Notes under the pieces: generated by a model | The model's input: only the letters and a program-made list of their open reading frames with translations | The model's database searches: none | Told to the model about the DNA's origin: nothing | In this document: piece after piece, positions 51,481 to 64,000 of the stretch | Numbering within the stretch: position 1 is the first letter of the stretch | Layout of the letters: each line of letters starts with the position of its first letter | Assembly: GCF_037042905.1 (NCBI RefSeq) | Contig: NC_087258.1 | Location: 2,604,001 to 2,668,000 of the forward strand | Source: Lytechinus pictus | Lineage: Eukaryota | Length of the DNA stretch: 64,000 nucleotides | Direction of reading: 5' to 3' | Translations under genes and position numbers: made by a program

Positions 51481-51501
51481 CTTGTCAATGGGCATACTTG
51501 A
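51481..51501 (-). CDS. KIF1A/B (unc-104): Candidate 21-nt alternative microexon (SSMPIDK) in motor loop 12 (K-loop)
   Basis: TACTAAC branch point, pyrimidine tract, caatag|TCAAGTATGCCCATTGACAAG|gtgag; phase 0-0 like the flanking exons; TGCATG about 70 nt downstream. Confidence 0.7.
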
Positions 51502-51998
51502 CTATTGGTGTGACAGTGTTAGTAGCAGAAGGAAATTAAAAGGGATTAGAGCAAAATTGGTTAGTTATAAATTATAAACAGAAAGATAGAAACTGCATAG
51601 TCTCTTTCAGCAAGTGGATTTAACTCTAAAATAGCATTAGACAGGATTTGACTCCACTTGAGTCAAGTTAGTAGTTTCTTCGTTGAGCTTTCATTTGACT
51701 AGAATCTATTTTCAGCTGATGCAAACTACATGTATTCCATTCCAAGAATCCCATTTCAGCCTAATATATAAGTACACAAAGGGAGATGAATAAGCCCAAC
51801 TGCCATGACTTTTAAAAAGACGCCTCAGTGTATTTATCAGACAAACACATCAGGTGGGATCATACTCAGCACCTTTTCCTTTGTAATTCTCCCATTTCAG
51901 CATTGACAAGATAATGGGAATGCACTGGGTAATTCTTGGCCCAAATGATAGTGACTTTTGATAAGATGCTGCAGCAGATGTATTAGTGGCCACACCTG

Positions 51999-52209
51999 GG
52001 GGGTGTTTCACAAAGATTTAAGTATGACTTAGAGTCGCACTTAAATGTCTATTTGCGCACGGTATAAAAGGCATGACAGCATTGGTCAGATTATGCCAAG
52101 AAGACGCGCTCTACTGCGTATTGTCCAATAAGATTGCGCGTTGCATATCATGTGCGCATCGGCATTTAAGTGCGACTTAAGTCATACTTAAATCTTTGTG
52201 AAACACCCC
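51999..52209. mobile_element. Young MITE with near-perfect TIRs of about 50 bp
   Basis: GGGGGTGTTTCACAAAGATTTAAGTATGACTT / AAGTCATACTTAAATCTTTGTGAAACACCCC; CTG/CAG flanks. Confidence 0.88.
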
Positions 52210-53354
52210 CAGGTGCAATCCTACTCGGCGTCTTTTTCTTTACACTTCAGCATAGACAAAACAATGGGCGACTGGGACACTGCTAGGAAATTCTGTATTC
52301 AGTAAGGCAATGACAAGACTCTGGATTGAACATCACAGTTCATAAGATGGCCACATCAGGTGAAATCCTATTCAGTGCATTTCCCTTTGCAATTCTCCCA
52401 TTCCAGCAGATAAATAAAATGGGGGACCCATGTACACTGCTTGAAAATTCTGCATGCAGACAAGACTTGCAATCGATGCCTCAGTGTATTCATCAGGTGG
52501 CCATAATAGGTTGTCTCCTGCTCTGCATCTTTTACCTCGTGATTTCTGCCTCTAGATGAAGAAATGGAAAAGATGCTGGGGAAATCCTGCATGCAGTAAA
52601 CCTTTACTTTTCAATAGGACCCTCAGTGTATTCATCAGGCACCCATATCAGCATCGTTTCCTTCCCAATTCTACCATACCAACATAGACTCACAAAAAAC
52701 CCCAATGGGGAATTGAAAAAAAAAACACTGGAGGAATCATGCAAGAGGCAGCTGCCATTAACAATTTAACATCATTATTAATGCCAGGGTAAAAGTATTG
52801 TCCATTTTGGGATAGGTGTATATGATTGACTTTAAGTCCGTCGACAAAACAACTCCCAAAGAGAGAAAACATTATTCCAGAGGGGAGGAATCCTACAACC
52901 ATTGCACAAGCAATGTGTACAAATTCAAAAAGTTTTCATTTCACAACTACAATTCATTCAGTTTATAATACAAAGCCCAGATCAACAAGCAATGTCCTGA
53001 ATGAATGTTTTTAGCTGTTCCTTGAAGAACATTACGGGGCAGTGTAGTCAGCCATGCTGGAGAATGAAGCAGAAGAAACAAGCACATAACTTATCATAAA
53101 CATGAGGGAGGTGAAACAAGAGACAGGAACGTCCAATATTGGCAAGTGTGAGCGGAAGCTGGCCATCGAGGGCCTCCTTGACGTGACTCAGAAAATGACA
53201 GAGGGTAATTAAAGATACCAACATGACCTAGCTCCAGGGGAAAACAGATAATATGGGTGGGAGCTAGGTGGTAAACAGGATGAGAAACCAGTAAGAAAAA
53301 TATGAGTAAGAGTCAGATGGAGAAGGAGATACAGATGGGTAAAACTAGCAGGTG

Positions 53355-54690
53355 GAGATGTAGAAGTAGTAGATGTAGAAGTAGTAGATGTAGAAGTAGT
53401 AGATGTAGAAGTAGAAGATGTAGGAGTAGTAGATGTAGAAGTAATAAATGTAGAAGTAGTAGATGTAGAAGTAGTAGATGCAGAAACAGTAGATGTAGAA
53501 GTAGTAGATGCAGAAGTAGTAGATGTAGAAGCAGTAGATGTAGAAGTAGTAGATGTAGGGGTAGTAGATGAAGAAGCAGTAGATGTAGAAGTAGTAGATG
53601 TAGAAGTAGTAGATGTAGAAGTAGTGGATAGAAGTAGATGTAGAAGTAGTAGATGTAGAAGTACATGTAGAAGTAGTAGATGTAGAAGTAGTGGATAGAA
53701 GTAGATGTAGAAGTAGTAGATGTAGAAGTACATGTAGATGTAGAAATAGATTTAGATATATAAGTAGTAGATGTAGAAGTAGATGTAGAAGAAAAAGATG
53801 TAGAAGTATTAGATGTAGGAGTAGTAGTAGTAGATGTAGAAGTAGTAGATGTAGTAGTAGTAGATGTAGAAGTAGTAGATGTAGAAGTAGTAGATGTAGT
53901 AGTAGTAGATGTAGAAGTAGTAGATGTAGTAGTAGTAGATGTAGTAGTAGTAGATGTAGAAGTAGTAGATGAAGAAATAGTAGATGTACTAGTAGTAGAT
54001 GTAGTAGTAGTAGATGTAGTAGTAGTAGATGTAGAAGTAGTAGATGAAGAAATAGTAGATGTAGTAGTAGTAGATGTAGTAGTAGTAGATGTAGAAGTAG
54101 TAGATGTAGTAGTAGTAGATGTAGTAGTAGTAGATGTAGAAGTAGTAGATGTAGTAGTAGTAGATGTAGTAGTAGTAGATGTAGAAGTAGTAGATGTAGT
54201 AGTAGTAGATGTAGTAGTAGTAGATGTAGAAGTAGTAGATGAAGAAATAGTAGATGTAGTAGTAGTAGATGTAGTAGTAGTAGATGTAGAAGTAGTAGAT
54301 GTAGAAGTAGTAGATGTAGTAGTAGTAGATGAAGAAGTAGTAGATGTAGTAGTAGTAGATGTAGAAGTATAGTAAATGTAGAAGTAGTAGATGTAGAAAT
54401 GGTTGGGGGTTGAAGTAGTAGATGTAAAAGTAGTAGAGTAGTAGATGTAGAAATAGATGTAGCAGTAAATGTAAAAAAAAATAGATGTAGAAGTAGATGT
54501 AGATGTATCAGATGTAGGAGTAGTGGTAGTAGATGTAGAAGTAGTAGATGTAGAAGTAGTAGATGTAGAAGTAGTAGATATAGAAATAGTATGGAGAAGT
54601 AGTAGGTGTAAATTAGAAGCAGTATATATGAAGAAGTAGTAGATGCAGAAGAAGTAGATGTAGAAGTAGTAGATGTAGAAGTAGTAGACA
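53355..54690. repeat. 15-bp minisatellite (AGAAGTAGTAGATGT)n / (AGTAGTAGTAGATGT)n
   Basis: About 1.3 kb tandem array, visible directly; source of the spurious LHLLL/STSTT/RCRSS ORFs. Confidence 0.97.
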
Positions 54691-55748
54691 GATTGAGTAT
54701 ATGAGGTAGATATACAGAATGTATAAAAAGGAAGTAGATGTAGAATTCCATAGCAAATCTATTAGAAAAAAGGAGTTGTAAAATCAGATGTTCAAGTGAA
54801 AGATAGAGAAGCAGTAGATGTAATAAATTCAGAAATATTAAATGCATCAAAGAAAAGTAGACAGCGTAGATTTTTATCACCTTTACCCCCCCCCCCCTCT
54901 CTCTCTCTTTCGTTCTTTCTTTCCCTCGTGCACTATCTCTGTTGAGCTCTAAGCAGCCACGATCCCTAATATAAGCTTTGTAAACAAGATGAAACAATCT
55001 GGAAGGTTTGATTATCATATTGAACCAAGCCTGACAGGGGAGGCTGATCCACAGTGGGACGCCGATGCGCTGGAAAACAAGTGAAACCACATCTCAAAGC
55101 AAAATGTCAATACGTTCAAATAGAGGCAGCAAATTCAATCTGTTGAGAACCTGAGAGTGAGCTGGGTGTGGGAGAGTGATGCAGAAATGTGAATTATATT
55201 CCAATGGGAGTGGGAGTGAGTAAAAGATAGCATGAGAGAGTGAGAGAAAGTGAGAGAGACAGACAGATTACAGAAAGAGAGAGAGAGACAGATGGAACAA
55301 AGAAAGGAAAAGAAAGGCAGTAAATTCAATCTGTTGAGAACGTGATAGTAAGCTGGGTGTGGGGGAGTGATGGAAAATCTGAATTATATTACAAAGGGAG
55401 TGGTAATGAGTGAAAGAGGAAGAGAGCAAAATAGTCAGATAGATAAATAGATAGACAGACAGACAGACAGACAGATAGATAGTTAGCAATAATTAACAAC
55501 AGATAATAATAAGATGTTGTTACAGCTCATAACAAAGACATCAATCAGGAATTGTGACAAAAGGGATGGAAAACAGCAGAGAATAAAGACCGATAGAGAT
55601 TTGAAAAAATGAAATAAGATAATGGTAGAGAGACAGTTCACTCCCACATATAGTTTGGTTGATAAATAAACATTATACATTTTTAATTAAATATACATTA
55701 AGAAAAAAGATTCTGGATTCTCCCAAAGATACATGTATAATACAAATA

Positions 55749-56158
55749 CAGACCTGCCAACCTCTGTATTCCGTGATACAAAAAATGTATTTCCCCCCAA
55801 AAAAGTGTATTTCATAATAAAATGCTTGGTGCACTCGCCCATCACGGCGCTCAAGCTGCATGCAAGCTAGAATGCGCACTGCTCTTGCAGATGAAAAAAA
55901 AAACCATTGAAACTTGTGTATTACAAAATGATTGAAAAAAAAAACAAGTTACCTGAAATTACATTGATCTAATAACCATATTTGTGTACGTTTTATGAAA
56001 TAGAGACATATAGAGATGATTTTTCTCAATAAATTACGATTTTGTAAACAAAAAACGTACTTTAAAGAAAAAACGTATTTTAAAGAAAAAACGTACTGCC
56101 ATATTTTGGTTGCAAAAACGTACTAAATACGGCTAAAACGTACTGGTTGGCAGGTCTG
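55749..56158. mobile_element. Non-autonomous hAT-like element with 6-bp TSD
   Basis: TIR CAGACCTGCCAAC/GTTGGCAGGTCTG; TSD CAAATA; subterminal AAAACGTA repeats. Confidence 0.85.
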
Positions 56159-58099
56159 CAAATATTGTTTCATAAAGGTGTCCATAAATTCTGCGCGACT
56201 TTATGAACGAGTGGTGCCCTTTCCATGACAAGCTTTATCAGATTTCTAATCATTTTTGTTTCAATCACCTACAGATAAAATCCAATCTTTGTAGATTAAA
56301 TTAATCATTGTTAGTATATGTATGGAAAATTCAATATTTTTCATGAATTTGATTAGGATTATACAGGATTTCCGGGAGGGGGGATTGAAGTATTTGATTA
56401 GTAGCAATCCATAATACATGACAATATCATCATGAAGTGACTATGTGATCAATAATACACCAAAAATAATGAGATGCTCTTTTCCCTCTGAGAACATTAC
56501 AAAAGGAGTGGGCTATAATGATCTAAAATTAAATCTAATTTTAGGTGTGATAGTTGTAACAAAGCACGATTTCAGAGAAAGAGTAATGCGTTTGTTTTGA
56601 GCTATCATTTGGTGTACTAGAATAGGAAAGGGTCATGTAATATAGTGCCGAGAAGAGGAGTGTTGGCAAAGAGACAAAAACCTAGAAAAATATAAGAAAG
56701 GAGAATTCTTAAACTTGAAGGTAACCTGCATCAGAAAGAAAGGAAGTTAATTTTTCATGCACTGCTGTAATGCATGATAGTTTCTTGAAAACAAGAATAT
56801 GGTGTTAAGTGGAAGTATCAGAAATAAGGAAAAAATAGAACTTCAACATATAAAGATACTTTAAATCTGCTTTATCAGCTTTAAGTCTTAAAAGTCTTAA
56901 AATCTCAGTTTCATAGAGAGTTTACAGGGACCACCTTATTCATATATTTTTTTCCCGTCAAATTTTGTTGCATTCAGATGCATCAACAAGTTTCCACTGA
57001 GATATCATTATATCCCAATTGCCTTCTTTACATTTGAAAGGTTAACCAAATATTGTTAAACATGTATCATATCAATTATAAGACCTCATAATGACACAAC
57101 AATATCCAGGAAGTGAGCTCCACAATTTGCATCTTTCTTCTAATAATTGGAAATAAAGAATTATACAGTTTAAAAACAATGTACATCTACACTACAGACA
57201 GGAAAAAAGAAGTGAACTATCTGAGACAAGTTTTTTTTTAAATATTGAAATATCATTAAATACAAAGAAAATGATTAGGGTTTCATTAGGTTATATAGAC
57301 AGATTCTGACCCAGTCTTACAAGTCGGGCATGAAGAAAGCTCGAGGTTTTCCCTTGGACTTGCTGTCCATCATGCAGTAGGTGAAGTTATATATTATGAT
57401 TTTAAATACTACTCTCCAGCATTGCTCTAAGTGAACTACTTTAATATAGTAATGTTAGAATAATGTGCAAAGGATTCCGAGAAGAAATTAAATGGCATGC
57501 CGTTCTGAAGAATATATTTTGATGAAATGCAAGATGCAGAGAATTCATTTTGGTCTTACATTTTTTATGTTTCTTGGTTTCCCTGATTGTGATGACTAAA
57601 GAAATTACAAACAAAAACAACAACATGAAAACAAACATAAACATTGAAATAATATTTGACATAACCAAAACGGTGCTGGGGGGATAAGTACATTTTCACT
57701 CAATTTACCTAGTTTCATTTTTATATTTAACTTGGATTTTTTAATCATCTCTTTTATTAATGATATACAAGAGAAGTGATAATTCACTATAGGCAAGCAC
57801 ACATCACTATGCTTTTCTCCTTAGCAATAAAGATTTTTGAATAAGTGATTCAAGCTCATCGGGGAATTGTATGAATTAATATTATCACATACTCTTCATG
57901 ATATGAAATCAAACATATTACAGATGAAAGGGAAAACGACACAATCACAAAGACTTCAAAGAACAAAACTGAGAAAAACTTACGTTAAAACAAAACCTTG
58001 CCAATTAGCATTAAAACATGAAAACTTCAGCATAGAAAATTTAGCATCAGTTGACTTGAACTCTGTGGTCCCAAGAGATAAAAGTTTGAATACAATTTA

Positions 58100-58453
58100 A
58101 GGCCATCGCACACCTTACGGCCCGACTGGTCTGCAACTGGATGAAGGGAAATGTGACGTCACAGCTCTTGTCAGCTTGAGAGTCGCAGACCAGTCATAGA
58201 CTAATCGCAAGGAAAATCGTAAGGATTTGACATGTTGAATCCTTACAACTGGATTCCAATATCAATCCAACTTCCAGCCAATCAGACAGCAGAGTCGCGA
58301 CCCATGCAATTAACACGCATACGCACTAAGCGTCATTTTCTTAGTTGCTATGGCAAAAAAAAAAAAAAAAGCACGTGCCTGAGCTGCAGACCGCATGGTA
58401 GTCGGATCACACTCAGTTGTAGACCAGTTTGGTCTTAAGGCATGCAGTGGCCT
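58100..58453. mobile_element. Harbinger/Tourist-like MITE
   Basis: TIR AGGCCA(TC/CT)GCA...CCTTA; TTA TSD. Confidence 0.65.
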
Positions 58454-58680
58454 TTAGACTGCAACAATGAGGTGGATTTAAATATACAGCCAAAAGATTT
58501 AAAATGAAATCTTTCGAGATTGAAAATTTAACACTTAGGATTAAGAATAAATCCAATATTCGGCTGGTCCCATTCAGTGCCAGTCTAGATTCATTTTTAA
58601 TCCTTGAAATTCATAGTGTATTATATTCAATAGACGATCATGACAGTGAATAAATAAGAATCAGTGGGTGATATACTCAC

Positions 58681-58746
58681 AAGTTCTGCTAATGCTGAAA
58701 TAACTTTTCCCAAGGTGGTCAGAGATTTGTTGATGTTTGCTCCTTC
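58681..58746 (-). CDS. KIF1A/B (unc-104): Kinesin-3 exon 1 in window: motor helix a4 (EGANINKSLTTLGKVISALAEL)
   Basis: cacacag|...|gtgag; 66 nt, phase 0-0; hallmark kinesin motif NINKSL; not in the ORF track. Confidence 0.96.
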
Positions 58747-58790
58747 CTGTGTGGGGGAAAATTAAATAAAAAATAACATTATTAATAAAA

Positions 58791-59084
58791 GAAGTAGTAG
58801 TAGTAGTAGTAGAAGTAGTAGTAGTAGTACTAGTACTATNNNNNNNNNNNNNNNNNNNNNNNNNNNNNNNNNNNNNNNNNNNNNNNNNNNNNNNNNNNNN
58901 NNNNNNNNNNNNNNNNNNNNNNNNNNNNNNNNNNNNNNNNNNNNNNNNNNNNNNNNNNNNNNNNNNNNNNNNNNNNNNNNNNNNNNNNNNNNNNNNNNNN
59001 NNNNNNNNNNNNNNNNNNNNNNNNNNNNNNNNNNNNNNNNNNNNNNNNNNNNNNNNNNNNNTACTAGCACTACTAGTAGTAGAA

Positions 59085-59167
<83 letters not shown>

Positions 59168-59280
59168 CAACTACACTACTAGTACTACTAGTAGTAGTAT
59201 AGTAGTAGTAGTAGTAGTACTAGTAGTAGTAGTAGTCGAAGTAGTAGTAGAAGTAGTAGTAGTAGTAGCAGAAGTAGTAG
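58791..59280. repeat. (TAG)n microsatellite containing assembly gap N 58840-59061
   Basis: Seen directly. Confidence 0.95.
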
Positions 59281-59440
59281 TGTTGCATGTATCATTATTA
59301 TTATTATCATCATATTTATTTTAATTACCACTGATATCATTATTGTGTAATTAGCATCACCTGTTCCTGGGAGATGAATAGCGAACTAACACTGCGACGT
59401 GTACGGCTCTCCTCCCAATATAATCAATTGGGGGGAGTGC

Positions 59441-59597
59441 GGAGTGTTTCATCAACATTTTCATCCGACAAGTTGTCAGATCTGACATCTTTCTCTGATG
59501 TTGATTGGCTGAGAGGTACTGTTACTATGGTAACTGTCGGATAAAATGGGACTTGTCGGATAAAACGTCCGACAAGTCCTTTCATGGAACGCCCCCC
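59441..59597. mobile_element. MITE with GTCGGA/TCCGAC repeats, CCAAT and X-box
   Basis: GGAGTGTTTCAT...ATGGAACGCCCC; homologous to 34926-35082. Confidence 0.7.
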
Positions 59598-61582
59598 TGG
59601 TGGACCACTTTCCCTGACTCTTGTATGAATAGTGAAGTGGGTTGTCAAAAGTTAGAACCAAATCTTTAACATGATTAAGTAACATATTAATAATTTATTC
59701 CTAAAGAATCAGTCAGTGAACAGTGACATTGCAGTAACTAATATTTTGTTTGGAAATTTAGTACAGTAATTCAAAAATATTCTTTACCAGAGCTTTACAC
59801 ATGCTTTCAGACAATTAGTTAATATTCATAATGATCATTTTCAGTCATGGTAAAACAAAATGCAAAATATGGAACACATTAACATCTTTAATGGTCAAAC
59901 ATGAAATGAAAGTAAAGATATAGGCTCCAAATTCCTATTCATTATTCAATGAATTATAGTATTTTTTATTACTTCTTTTCCCCTCCCTCTCTTGTCTATG
60001 TAGCAAGATACCAATACATTATGTTGTTGGAGGACTTCTCTCTTAGATGCCCAAATGTCACATGAATCTGTTGAATGTCAATTTTCTATTTTCAAAATAG
60101 GCCTAAAGGATGACATGAGAAGAGAGATTTTCATAAAGAGAAAAAGATATATTTCATCTCTGAAATGTGGTTACCTGACATTTGATTGGCCAAAAATAGA
60201 GAGTGCTTTTCTGAAAATCAATATTTATTTGCTTTTCAATGAAACAGCACAATATCAACCCTGAAATTCTTCCATGTTGCCAAAAAATTATGTACTCTAT
60301 TAATAAATTGTCTCACTATCATGATGCTCTATATTTGTGTAAAAAAAACAAAATTTATAAAGATAGATTAACTTTGTCAAAAAAGAGGGAAAATAGCTTC
60401 TGACAATATGACAGGTATATCATGTTGTATGATAAAGCACTACATTGGGAGGGAGGAGTATAAAGTAACATTATGAAGCATTTCAAAACCTATGTGTTAC
60501 TTCTAAATCTGTATATCAAAGGGTAGTAGCAATATGATTATGAAATTGACTTGGTTTTCTTTTCTTACTCTCCCCTTCTTCCTTTTTTTCTTTTCCCTTT
60601 GACTGTTGATTAACAGAGTGGGATATTCCCCTTGCCCCATGGCTATGCAAGTGAAAGATACTGATCTATTTTTTTTTCTCAACAAGATAATGATATTCTT
60701 ATTCATTTTGTGAAAAATTTGTTTTGCAAATAAAGGAATGCAAATAAACAGTATCTTCTGTTTGCTCTTTATTTAATCCCAAAATTCATAGTTCTAAATC
60801 TTAATAGCTGTTTGCTGAAAGTTCACTTTTGAGTGTTCATAATTATATTACCTCACAATCTATACATTGTATCTAAATGTTTTGTGAAGCAAAATGGCAG
60901 GCTTTATCAAACCAAAATCAATTGCAATTGTTTTGTAACATGCAAACAAGGTATTAAAACGGGACCACCTCAAGCATTATAAATCCCACCAAATCCTGAT
61001 GAAATGCAATTAGAAAAGAGGAATAAGTGTTGGCATTTATCACATATTGAGTTATTTCATGCTCAAGTAATTTATGGAAAGGTCACTGCATTCATTTGAT
61101 TTATATAAATGGGACTGCAATGACAGCATCTAAGGGGCTGCATCACTTCTAAAAATAAAATAGCATCTTTTACTTCTCATCATCCCTCTAGTATTGCCAT
61201 ATAAAATGGATGTCTCGCAAATAAGGAGGAATCCATGCTGCATATAAAGTTTTTCAACTTGATTTTAATAACGAAGAAACGTTTTTAGTTAATTGTGTTC
61301 TGCTTGGTGTCATGATGATGCAGGGAATTGATATGATGACCCCCCCCCCCTTGAAAAGGGAAGATTAGTAAAGAAAAAAATAGAAAAATTAGTATATAAA
61401 AAAGATGAGAAAGATAAAAAAGATACTTCAGAGGAACTTTCATCATTAGTAAACTATTTTATCATATGTTGAAATGGAGCTGAAATGGTTGAGTTGAATA
61501 CATGTATATCACAATCTGACCAATTTGCATATAATATATTTTGTTTAAATACAAATGTTTAATTAGATATTAAAGGCATCTA

Positions 61583-61910
61583 GGCCCGTATTCTGAAGTC
61601 AAGTTTAACTTAGACCATGGTATAACTCTGTGCTAAAGTTATGGGAAGCCAAAAGTGTCAACTTTTGTATGTTTCTTATATTTACTGTGCTCTTTCCTGA
61701 TTCATTGATGGTGAAGACAATCATCTATTAATACTTCCTAGACAATTATGAATGATCTGAGAGCCAAATGAGCTGAAATATGATATCTCTACCATTAGTG
61801 ATTTATGTAACAATTGGCTTTCCATACTTAAACCACAACTGTAAACCTGAGTTTGACAACTGTAAACCTGAGTTTGAGTTACATGTAAACCCGACTTCAG
61901 AATACAGGCC
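61583..61910. mobile_element. MITE, GGCCCGTATTCTGAAGTC family
   Basis: TIRs present; sister copy 63583-63897 and an internal fragment at about 28480-28700. Confidence 0.85.
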
Positions 61911-63582
61911 ATAGATAACTTTAAAATATCTTCAAAGTGGTCCAAATTTGTCACCAAATTCTAATTTCCTATGTTTGAGCTGGCAATCTACTACACTGTT
62001 GAGGTTGAATACGCATTTAGATTATCTTGGCATTTAAGACTGCTGAACAGATATAAATTCACATACATGTACGTACATTAGGCTGATCACCGGCTTTGAT
62101 TGTGATAGTTACACAATACTTTTGAGAATGAGTCATCCGGATATCACTTCCTATATAAGGACGAAAGACTTTCCTATTGAAAGCTGAATACAGGAAACTT
62201 CTTAGCCCTATAACAATATATCCAATATCATTTAAAGGAAGTAATTTCATTGCAAATGAGTTCACGTAAAGACAGACAATGTCAATTGAAAATGTTCATA
62301 CATGATTGTGATATGATATTGGTGGAGGGAGAAAGCAGGGGAGAATGAGAGCTAAGGATAGCAAAATTGGGCATAATTATGTGAAAGGAACATGTGAAAA
62401 AGTTTGGCCAAAAATAATAAGTTATACATGTAATTTGCAAGATCAGATATTAGGGAGGTTAAAACAGCCCCAATACCATTTCATAATTATATGATGCATT
62501 TTGATGCTTTTTTATTAATTTTTTACTTCTACGTTTTTTACCTTACATGTATTTATTCATTCATTTTCCTATACAACCTATTTCAGTCTACAAATCAGAT
62601 CCTGAAAATGATTTGAAATAAAGATAAAAATTGACACCCAAAACAACTCTCCTCATAATTTCTTCATTGTGTTATATTCACATAATAATGTGATAATAAT
62701 ATTATAAACAGCCCTCCCCCTTAGAAAATGTATGGCTGTGCCTATATAAATTTAAGTCCTCCTATACTGTAATGAAAGTGTAAATTCCCCAAACGTATCC
62801 TCAGTGATCGCTCATTTTTATAACAGAGGAAGCAAGGCATGCGGTTTATCTCATGGGTTTCCTGCTTGGGTAATTTACAATCCCCATATACTTTCACATT
62901 CCTACAACCTATTGAAAAGTTGGTTAACATACAAATGCACCACTGGATTGTTAATCAAGATTGTGTATAAAACAAGTACGAGTATTTTAACCAACTCCGT
63001 AAACCAATGAAATTAACCCCAAATAAATTTTTCAAACTCAACACTAAAGTAAGGTTGATTTTTTTTAAAGAAATTATAAATGTTTACTCTAGATAGTATA
63101 TTAAAAAACACCTTTAAAAAAGCTTTTAAAAATATAAATTTGATAAGACAGGAAAAATTTTATATAAAGAAAGAGCAAAGACAAAAGGAAAGCTCTCATA
63201 TTTTTAAACTAAGCAAAACAGGCATATTATATATGTAGGTAAATGAAATTTTGATAAAAATTATTCAAATGCATACATTATCAAGAGAAAAACAAAACTT
63301 TTCTTTTCAAATACTTCCACTAAATTTCTCAATACTGCAAAAATATTGAGAAATTTAGTGGAAGTATTTGAAAAAACAAAATACTGTTCATATCCTGACA
63401 TAAGTGAAAAAAACAAAACTATATACATGTATTGGTAAGAATTGTGGTGAGAAATGTATTCTGACAAGGTGTTTACTTGTTGCATCCTTAATCTCTTCAT
63501 CAAACCAGTGGGATAGAAACTCAAGAGACAGAGGAGAGAGGGGGAACCAAGAGGGCTATATATAATGCTGCATTCACACATT

Positions 63583-63897
63583 GGCCTGTATTCTGAAGTC
63601 AGGTTTAAATTTATAGACCATGGTCTAACTCTGTGATAAACTTATGGGGAGCCAAAAACTAAAAAATTCTGCTGACATTGTATATTTCTTATATTTTACT
63701 GTTTTGTTTCCCTTTGCTTTCATAATGAAAAAATTATTTCAGTTATCATTCTGAGACAGTTATAAATGATTTAAGTGTCATAAGAGTTGATAAATTGAAC
63801 ATGTACTAATAGAGATTTGTGCCCCAACTGGCTCTCCATAGTTAATCTACAACTTTAAACCAGGGTTAAATTTAAACCCGAGTTCAGTATACGGGCC
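63583..63897. mobile_element. MITE, same family as 61583-61910
   Basis: GGCCTGTATTCTGAAGTC...GAGTTCAGTATACGGGCC. Confidence 0.85.
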
Positions 63898-64000
63898 TTA
63901 GTCTCATATACAAGAATGTACATGTATTCTTTGAAGCACATAACAGCTGTTCTGCTAAATCCAAGGTTATTGTGCTATGTTATGGATTTTCTACAGCTCA

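Noticed and set aside
53209-55090. Long ORFs (581 aa LHLLL, STSTT, RCRSS)
   Set aside because: Translations of the 15-bp minisatellite; no real protein features
58747-64000. Search for the preceding motor exon (LVDLAGSE)
   Set aside because: Not found; presumably lies beyond the right edge of the window

Overview
Eukaryotic (metazoan) AT-rich genomic DNA. The repeat content and intron style suggest a marine invertebrate, probably a sea urchin or other echinoderm (inference only). The whole window lies inside one minus-strand kinesin-3 gene (KIF1A/KIF1B/unc-104 orthologue). By hand I traced 26 phase-consistent exons (3384 nt, 1128 codons), from the end of the motor domain (EGANINKSLTTLGKVISALAE at 58681-58746) through neck, CC1, FHA, CC2 and the conserved stalk/tail to ...[13 protein letters not shown] at 143. 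The 5' motor exons and the PH-domain end lie outside the window. Introns contain MITEs, tRNA-derived SINEs, LINE fragments, micro/minisatellites and two N gaps. Most interesting observations: (1) a read-through after the CC2 exon with coding-like codon use gives a hydrophobic, membrane-anchor-like C-terminus, with a candidate poly(A) site further into the intron; (2) a pair of homologous mutually exclusive exons; (3) a candidate K-loop microexon and two candidate tail microexons; (4) repeated partial duplications of exon ends; (5) three hAT-like elements with 6-bp TSDs; (6) TA-to-TACATGTA insertions and perfect palindromes centred on such motifs, resembling Tc1/mariner excision footprints. No searches were run: homology statements rest on recalled family sequences.
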